A DNA stretch of 38,615 nucleotides from the NCBI GenBank assembly GCA_046759485.1, contig JBHICF010000001.1:1-38615 (forward strand), given 5' to 3'. The DNA comes from Nitrospiraceae bacterium (GTDB taxonomy: Bacteria; Nitrospirota; Nitrospiria; Nitrospirales; Nitrospiraceae). The notes under the pieces are model-generated. The model saw only the letters and a list, made by a program, of their open reading frames with translations. It was not told the origin of the DNA and searched no databases. This document shows, one piece after another, positions 33,191 through 38,615 of the stretch. The stretch's first letter is position 1. The number at the start of each line of letters is the position of its first letter. The position numbers were made by a program, and so were the translations under genes.

Positions 33191-33615
33191 TGACGAACCG
33201 AACTCCGAAATACGACCGCAGACGCGAAATGCTCGCCGCACTAGCATTCGCCGTACTCGTCGCCGCCCTATTGCTGATCTGGATGCTATTCACGACGCCA
33301 CCGGCCTATCCCGAAGCCTGCACTACGAACATGCCCGACGATGCTCGCCGTACCCTCCACATGCGGCACGATTCGCTCATAGAACATGCTCAGCGCTGGG
33401 CCGAGGCACGAGCATGCGCCCTCTCACTACCCTACCCGATCCGGCGTGTCGGACGACAGACTTGGCGAGGTTACTACCCAGCCGAAACAACCGGCACCTT
33501 CCACCGTCGCTACTTGCGCTACCTCGCCGAACGTGAGCGCTGCTATACCGGACGCGGACTGATACCCCCAGGCTCACCGACGAGCGAGCTACGGATCAGG
33601 GTCGTACGACGATGA
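33190..33615 (+). CDS. N-terminally membrane-anchored protein (141 aa)
   Basis: TGATG overlap with paralog 1. TM segment MLAALAFAVLVAALLLIWMLF. Confidence 0.7.
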   Translation: MTNRTPKYDRRREMLAALAFAVLVAALLLIWMLFTTPPAYPEACTTNMPDDARRTLHMRHDSLIEHAQRWAEARACALSLPYPIRRVGRQTWRGYYPAETTGTFHRRYLRYLAERERCYTGRGLIPPGSPTSELRIRVVRR

Positions 33616-33758
33616 CCCGGACAGCGCGCATAATGGAGCGATACCGCCAGCACGTATCCTGTATGGTCGACAAAATCGAAAACGGGGAACGGCCGCTCAT
33701 TGTCGCTTTCGAGGAAGAGGGGTACTCAATCATCGCATTGCTCGGCGAGGCGAACTGA
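33612..33758 (+). CDS. Small ORF (48 aa), below the ORF-track cutoff
   Basis: ATGA overlap with the upstream gene. Hand translation: MTRTARIMERYRQHVSCMVDKIENGERPLIVAFEEEGYSIIALLGEAN. Confidence 0.4.
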   Translation: MTRTARIMERYRQHVSCMVDKIENGERPLIVAFEEEGYSIIALLGEAN

Positions 33759-33763
33759 GATCC

Positions 33764-34453
33764 ATGAGGATACGTACCGACGCGCATGCACCCGCAGAGC
33801 AAAATTCCAATACTTACTCACCGCAGGCACCCGCGTTCGAGGACGCATTCGACGTACGTGATGCGATCGCCTCTGGGACCATCCGGTTCACGAAACGGCA
33901 TCGCATACCGGTCGGGCTAGACGCCCCGGCATTTCGTGCGGCGTGGCGGGAGTGGGTCCGCTACAAGGGCGGTCGCTACCTGCCCGTCTACCGGACAATC
34001 GACCTCGTTCGACTCGCCCTGCGTTTTGATGCGGACGAGGCAACGAAACAGATCCACCACGCGCTTGAGCGCCTGAACCGATTTTGCGTCACTGAAAACA
34101 CACCCCTGGGACCATCCAGGGGCGGGCCAGCCATCGGCGTCGATGACGAACAATTCGTTATCGGACCGCATCGATTGACGCGGGGGTGCGCATCGCAAAA
34201 CGTTGGAGAAATCTCGAGCGAGAGCTTTACGGTCCGCAGCCCACAGGACCTCGAACGCTGGATCTGGAGGCTCGAGGGATTCATACCACGCACACGGCAG
34301 GGATCGACACTCGCACACCTCGACGAGTCACACCCCGCTCGGCGGCAAGCCGCCGAGCGGGAATACGAACGGCGAATTCGACTGGCATTTCGAATTGCCG
34401 GACGGCTCGGGTACCGCATCGACAAGGACCTGCGCCGGGTCATCCGACGATGA
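33764..34453 (+). CDS. Hypothetical protein (229 aa)
   Basis: ORF track. Coupled to the downstream ORF (ATGATGA). Confidence 0.65.
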   Translation: MRIRTDAHAPAEQNSNTYSPQAPAFEDAFDVRDAIASGTIRFTKRHRIPVGLDAPAFRAAWREWVRYKGGRYLPVYRTIDLVRLALRFDADEATKQIHHALERLNRFCVTENTPLGPSRGGPAIGVDDEQFVIGPHRLTRGCASQNVGEISSESFTVRSPQDLERWIWRLEGFIPRTRQGSTLAHLDESHPARRQAAEREYERRIRLAFRIAGRLGYRIDKDLRRVIRR

Positions 34454-34701
34454 TGATACCCGGAACGCGATGCTTCCCCGGATGCCGGTTCGTGCAAGCT
34501 GGACTCAATCACGAGGGGAACGAACAGGTCGCGCTCGAGGCAGACTGGCGAAACCGGGGCGGACGCGTATTTGAAGAACGAAACATCACCCAATCAAACG
34601 GAATGACGATCACCCGGCTGTTCGAGCAGTTTGAGGACGAAATGGAGATCGAGGTGGCCCTCGACGGAACGAGATTTGTCAACACGACGGACGTCAAATG
34701 A
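34450..34701 (+). CDS. Hypothetical protein (83 aa)
   Basis: ATG 34450 overlaps the upstream stop. The longer ORF extension rejected. Confidence 0.5.
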   Translation: MMIPGTRCFPGCRFVQAGLNHEGNEQVALEADWRNRGGRVFEERNITQSNGMTITRLFEQFEDEMEIEVALDGTRFVNTTDVK

Positions 34702-34712
34702 AATACGTTGTG

Positions 34713-34742
34713 TTGACATGCTCCGCACGCCTGCCCTATCAT
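34713..34742 (+). promoter_or_regulatory. Sigma-70-like promoter TTGACA-N18-TATCAT. The transcript would be nearly leaderless for ATG 34753.
   Basis: TTGACA at 34713-34718 and TATCAT at 34737-34742. Confidence 0.45.
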
Positions 34743-34752
34743 TCACGGGCAT

Positions 34753-34968
34753 ATGAGTGCGCGGCCTGAGGCCATCCATACCGATTTTTTGCACCTTCGT
34801 GTCTCGCCCGAGATGCGTACGCTGCTGAAGCGCGCGGCGTACGTCGAACACCGGCCGGTATCAAACTACGTCCGAATGGAGCTGCAACGCGCGGCTCGAG
34901 AGACGCTGCTGCGAGCTGGTGAGGAGTTGGGCGAATGGCTCCCCGAGGGTAAGGATGGCATACCCTGA
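34753..34968 (+). CDS. Ribbon-helix-helix protein, DUF1778/TacA-antitoxin-like (71 aa)
   Basis: LHLRVSPEMRTLLKRAAYVEHRPVSNYVRMELQRAARETL matches the LR(V/L)SPE..L..AA....S.FV pattern. Confidence 0.65.
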   Translation: MSARPEAIHTDFLHLRVSPEMRTLLKRAAYVEHRPVSNYVRMELQRAARETLLRAGEELGEWLPEGKDGIP

Positions 34969-35397
34969 GTGAGCCCAGAACAGCGCTCACTCGCACTCTT
35001 ACGCGAGCAGGGGTTCCACGTCGCCATCACCGAACACTGGAACCCACATGCTCGGCGCCGTATCGACCTGTTTGGCGTTATGGACTTGGTCGCATTCCGG
35101 CCTGGGACGCCAGGCGTTAGTGCGATTCAGGTAACAAGCGGATCGAACGTCACCGCTCGTTGCGAGAAAATCCTCAAATGGGATGCCCTGCCTGACTGGC
35201 TGGCCTGTGGCAACCGCTTCGAGGTCCACGGATGGCGAACCGTACGCTCAGCTCGTATTCTGACGTCCGGGCAAAGATCGCGAGCACGAGTCTGGCGCCC
35301 CCGCGTACTTCGCGCAGAGCTCCATACGGGCACACCCGTATGGAGCTCTGCGAATAGCGATCAACTGCCCAACGAGACGTCAGAAAAAACAGGTTGA
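34969..35397 (+). CDS. PD-(D/E)xK-like nuclease / Holliday-junction-resolvase-like protein (142 aa)
   Basis: LLREQGFHVAITEH...RRIDLFGVMDLVAF...IQVTSGSN core pattern. GTG start abuts the RHH stop. Confidence 0.5.
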   Translation: MSPEQRSLALLREQGFHVAITEHWNPHARRRIDLFGVMDLVAFRPGTPGVSAIQVTSGSNVTARCEKILKWDALPDWLACGNRFEVHGWRTVRSARILTSGQRSRARVWRPRVLRAELHTGTPVWSSANSDQLPNETSEKTG

Positions 35398-35422
35398 CGA
35401 CGGCAAGCCAATGTGATACATT
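35394..35422 (+). promoter_or_regulatory. Sigma-70-like promoter TTGACG-N17-TACATT, overlapped by palindrome ATACA-T-TGTAT (35416-35426)
   Basis: Read directly, upstream of the SSB gene. Confidence 0.45.
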
Positions 35423-35468
35423 GTATTGACGGAACGTTGCCAAAGAACAGAGCAGAAAGGTGAGACAC

Positions 35469-36209
35469 ATGAACTTGATGGAACTTTGGAGGGCTGTCCG
35501 CGATGCCGAAATCAAAAAGGGCGCACAAGCGCAGCTCTCCGCGACGGTAATTCAGTCCGACGGCATGAAGCAATTCCGCGGCCGCGACTACCTGCAACTA
35601 CGCATCAACGACGGCTCCCTGAAATACCCTATCGCGATGCGGATTTACGGCGGGATGATCCAGTACGAAATTCCCATCGGTGCGCAGATCCTGGCCCATG
35701 TCCAGGTCGACGTATACGGTGACGCTCCCAGCATCTGCCCGATGACCCGGATGCAGCACATGTCCGTCAACGGACAACCGATGCCGGACACGGGCTATCC
35801 GACCGATCTCGTCCAGGTCGGACAGGGGCAGGGCTCCATCGCGCCCGGCACGATCGATATACCGAATGTCGCTTCATCGGCCTCCTCCGTACAGGGTCAA
35901 CTCGCACCTCCACAGGACGCACGAGACCGCCGACTTACGGCGTGGGACATGGTCCAGCGGCAGGAGGCGTTGCTCGCGTACTGGTCAGCACGTAACGGCG
36001 AGAAACTCAACGATGGGGCAGTCATGGCAGCGGTTAATGCCGTCCTCATCGCTATTAACAGCGGATCAGTAAGCGACAATGTGATGAACGTCCCGCTCTC
36101 ACTCGAGGGTCGACCAGGCGCTCCCAGCTACCCACCGGCACAAAGCCCGCAAGAGCCAGCGCCGAGCGTCGAGCGGATCGCGGTGGACGACGACGACATC
36201 CCGTTCTGA
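35469..36209 (+). CDS. ssb: Single-stranded DNA-binding protein with divergent OB region and canonical acidic tip
   Basis: C-terminus ...VDDDDIPF is an SSB hallmark, preceded by a P/Q/G-rich linker. AGAAAGG RBS lies upstream of ATG 35469. GTG 35460 is an alternative start. Confidence 0.8.
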   Translation: MNLMELWRAVRDAEIKKGAQAQLSATVIQSDGMKQFRGRDYLQLRINDGSLKYPIAMRIYGGMIQYEIPIGAQILAHVQVDVYGDAPSICPMTRMQHMSVNGQPMPDTGYPTDLVQVGQGQGSIAPGTIDIPNVASSASSVQGQLAPPQDARDRRLTAWDMVQRQEALLAYWSARNGEKLNDGAVMAAVNAVLIAINSGSVSDNVMNVPLSLEGRPGAPSYPPAQSPQEPAPSVERIAVDDDDIPF

Positions 36210-36246
36210 AGCGCACCTGGGTCCGGAAAGGAGATAGAAAGTTGAA

Positions 36247-36519
36247 ATGACGAGCTTTTGCGCACCGAACCGATTCTCCCTCACGATTGAAAGCGACAAT
36301 GTCGTGGTCGTGCGCTCCTATGTAAAGGGTACGCGGGGGACCGCATCGCGTCGGGTATTTCAAACCGAGAGCGAGGTTGACTCCATGGCACGGGCAATGT
36401 CATACATCCTCAACGTACGTGGCTTCGATCCGAGCGCGGCAGGCGAACAGCCCGCCGACGATCGCGAGGATGGCGGCCCGCCGTACGAACCGGACGAACG
36501 AACGACGCCTGGCCGATGA
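36247..36519 (+). CDS. Hypothetical protein (90 aa)
   Basis: ORF track. AAAGGAGA upstream. Confidence 0.5.
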   Translation: MTSFCAPNRFSLTIESDNVVVVRSYVKGTRGTASRRVFQTESEVDSMARAMSYILNVRGFDPSAAGEQPADDREDGGPPYEPDERTTPGR

Positions 36520-36610
36520 GCACCGCAATCGCCGCCGCCGACGTCGTGCTCTGGCGCCATCTCGAGCGCAGCGGCCAGCGAGTCGCACAGCTCGGGGAGG
36601 GATGGATCGG

Positions 36611-37480
36611 ATGAGTGTGGTTGAGCAGCAGATAGCGCCGCCATCTCGCCCCGCTCTGAGGTACTTCGGTGGCAAGTGGCGCATTGCGCCCTGGATCATC
36701 TCGTTCTTCCCAGAGCACATCTGCTACGTCGAACCGTTCATGGGTGCCGGTTCCGTCCTACTGCGGAAGCCTCCAAGCACCTTCGAGTACCTCAACGACA
36801 AGGACGATGCAGTCGTCAACTTCTTCCAGGTCCTCCGCGACCACAAGGATGAGCTTCTCAGGCAGATCCGACAGACCCCCTTCGCGAGACGGGAGTTGGA
36901 GTTGTCGTACTCGAGCACATCGACCGATCCCATTGAGCGGGCACGGTTGGTCTACGTCAGGTGTTGGCAGGGGAGATCGGGCTCACGTCTTCACAAGACC
37001 GGTTGGCGCAACCAGATACGCCCCTCCCGCAACAAGACCGCCCTGCGCGGTTTCATCGACGACTCGCATCTCGATGTAGTCGCGGCCCGTCTGCGAGAGG
37101 TCGGTCTCGAGTGCGGCGACTATCAGAGGGTGATCGAGCGATACGACGCACCCACCACGCTCTTCTATGCCGATCCGCCATACCTGGGCAGCCTCCGGAG
37201 CACGATCGGCTACCGATTCGATCTGAAGCAGGAAGAAGAACATCGGAACCTCGCGGAAGTGTTCCGTGAAGTGGCGGGCATGGTCGTTCTGAGCGGCTAT
37301 CAATCGAGCCTCTACGCGGAGCTCTTCGAGGAGCACGGATGGGCTCGGCGGGATCGCAAGGCACGAATGCAGTCCGGCGAGGCTGTCGAGTCGGTGTGGC
37401 TCAACCCGAACACTCTCTCCGCACACACTCAGCTCGACCTATTTCGACACACGGAGCCACCGAACGGAGAAACCGAATGA
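36611..37480 (+). CDS. D12-class (Dam-like) N6-adenine DNA methyltransferase
   Basis: LRYFGGKWRIAPWI, EPFMGAGSV and DPPY motifs. GGGGAGGGA upstream. ATG 36602 is an alternative start. Confidence 0.9.
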   Translation: MSVVEQQIAPPSRPALRYFGGKWRIAPWIISFFPEHICYVEPFMGAGSVLLRKPPSTFEYLNDKDDAVVNFFQVLRDHKDELLRQIRQTPFARRELELSYSSTSTDPIERARLVYVRCWQGRSGSRLHKTGWRNQIRPSRNKTALRGFIDDSHLDVVAARLREVGLECGDYQRVIERYDAPTTLFYADPPYLGSLRSTIGYRFDLKQEEEHRNLAEVFREVAGMVVLSGYQSSLYAELFEEHGWARRDRKARMQSGEAVESVWLNPNTLSAHTQLDLFRHTEPPNGETE

Positions 37481-37593
37481 CCGAACCCCGAGACTCTCTG
37501 CCCGATCTCCGCCTCATCTGGGAGGACGGATTCCGGGCCGGCGTGAAGGCCGCCAGGCGGGCGCTCGACCGAGCCATCGAGGCGTGCCCATGA
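37477..37593 (+). CDS. Small ORF (38 aa) bridging the methyltransferase and paralog 2
   Basis: ATGA overlaps at both ends. Confidence 0.4.
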   Translation: MTEPRDSLPDLRLIWEDGFRAGVKAARRALDRAIEACP

Positions 37594-38357
37594 GCCAGGA
37601 GCACGTTGATCGACTCCTGAGATCCGTGCCCGGATGGAACTCCTGGCGACAGGAGAACCCGAATGTTGTGCCAGACCTCGCCGGCGCCGACCTCAGGTAT
37701 GCCGACCTCAGGGACGCCAACCTCAGGGACGCCAACCTCAGGCACGCCAAACTCATCAGCGCCAACCTCAGGCACGCCAACCTCACCGGCGCCGACCTCA
37801 AGTATGCCAACCTCAGATATGCCAACCTCAGATACGCCAACCTCACCGGCGCCTGCCTCGCCGCCACCAACCTCAGATACGCCAATCTCAGGCACGCCAA
37901 ACTCATCAGCGCCAACCTCAGGCACGCCCGTTTCAACTCATCCAACCTCACCGGCGCCAAACTCAGATACGCCGATCTCAGGTATGCCGACCTCAGGCGC
38001 GCCTGCCTCACCGCCGCCAACATCAGGGACGCCGATCTCAGGGATGCCGACCTCAGGGACGCCGAACTCTGGGGCGCCGAACTTACCGGCGTCACGGGGA
38101 TTCTCGACGCTCGCGTAGATGATCCCCGTGGGTATCGAGCGTTTTTCTGGCAGCAGCGAGGGGGCGAGTGGTGGATCAACTCCGGATGCCGTTCCATGAC
38201 TGTGGAGAAGGCACGAGAACACTGGGGGGGCGAATGTTACGTGTCGTCGACACCGTTGCCCGGTGACTGTACCGACAGGGAGATCGCAGATCGGTACCTG
38301 GAGGCCTTGGTTTGGCTGGAGGAGCTAACGAATGAGATGCAGGAGGCGCAGGCATGA
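37590..38357 (+). CDS. Pentapeptide-repeat protein paralog 2 (255 aa, ~27 units) with the same N-cap and C-terminal domain as paralog 1
   Basis: [34 protein letters not shown] units at about 37674-38087, then [25 protein letters not shown]. Confidence 0.9.
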   Translation: MSQEHVDRLLRSVPGWNSWRQENPNVVPDLAGADLRYADLRDANLRDANLRHAKLISANLRHANLTGADLKYANLRYANLRYANLTGACLAATNLRYANLRHAKLISANLRHARFNSSNLTGAKLRYADLRYADLRRACLTAANIRDADLRDADLRDAELWGAELTGVTGILDARVDDPRGYRAFFWQQRGGEWWINSGCRSMTVEKAREHWGGECYVSSTPLPGDCTDREIADRYLEALVWLEELTNEMQEAQA

Positions 38358-38615
38358 ACCAAGAGCACGTTGATCGACTCCTGAGATCCGTGCCCGGATG
38401 GAACTCCTGGCGACAGGAGAACCCGAATGTTGTGCCAGACCTCGCCGGCGCCGAACTCAGGCGCGCCAACCTCACCGACGCCAACCTCACCGGCGCCGAC
38501 CTCAGGGGCGCCAACCTCACCGACGCCAACCTCACCGACGCCGACCTCACCGGCGCCGAACTCAGGGGCGCCAACCTCACCGACGCCAACCTCACCGACG
38601 CCGACCTCACCGGCG
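38354..38615 (+). CDS. Pentapeptide-repeat protein paralog 3, 3'-truncated by the window end
   Basis: ATGA overlap with paralog 2. Hand translation: [60 protein letters not shown]... Open to base 38615. Confidence 0.85.
   Translation, partial: MNQEHVDRLLRSVPGWNSWRQENPNVVPDLAGAELRRANLTDANLTGADLRGANLTDANLTDADLTGAELRGANLTDANLTDADLTG

Noticed and set aside
37401-38610. Minus-strand ORFs (174, 227, 94, 144 aa) and alternative + frames over paralogs 2 and 3
   Set aside because: Same repeat artefact. Their translations are monotonous (EVGVPEVG..., LRSAYLRLA...).

Overview
GC-rich tailed-phage (or prophage) DNA, probably most of a ~40-kb podovirus-like genome. All functional calls come from reading motifs by eye. 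No database or structure search was run.

Layout:
(i) 1-3.7 kb, + strand accessory genes: an octapeptide-repeat protein, a DUF1353-like protein, a Gp37/Gp68 (DUF5131) protein and a small Fic enzyme.
(ii) 30.2 kb down to 3.7 kb, a long minus-strand late block. In reading order it holds small membrane/lysis-like genes, two very basic proteins, TerS/TerL, portal, scaffold and major capsid. A 2.2-kb + strand island follows (small basic protein, unknown 279 aa, signal-peptide collagen-like protein, M15 peptidase). Then come adaptor/nozzle-like tail genes, an embedded GNAT, internal-virion-like proteins including a 1214-aa giant, a zinc-ribbon protein, a tail fibre and a LamG-like protein. The order resembles T7-like structural modules.
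(iii) 30.4-31.7 kb, a ~1.3-kb non-coding control region. It carries an aberrant class-II tRNA-like gene, six long perfect hairpins, and a ~350-bp GTAC-saturated iteron-like array with G-runs.
(iv) 31.7-38.6 kb, a + strand early operon whose genes are largely chained by ATGA/TGATG overlaps. It encodes an acidic lysine-free protein, three paralogous pentapeptide-repeat proteins, a TacA-like RHH protein, a PD-(D/E)xK-like nuclease, an SSB ending in DDDDIPF, and a D12-class adenine methyltransferase.

No integrase, DNA/RNA polymerase, rRNA or CRISPR array was seen.

Best candidates for something undescribed:
- the expanding family of beta-solenoid (pentapeptide/octapeptide) early proteins that share a non-repeat C-terminal domain;
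- the GTAC array plus hairpin field plus odd tRNA-like gene in the control region;
- the opposite-strand island driven from a symmetric inverted-repeat promoter inside the virion module.
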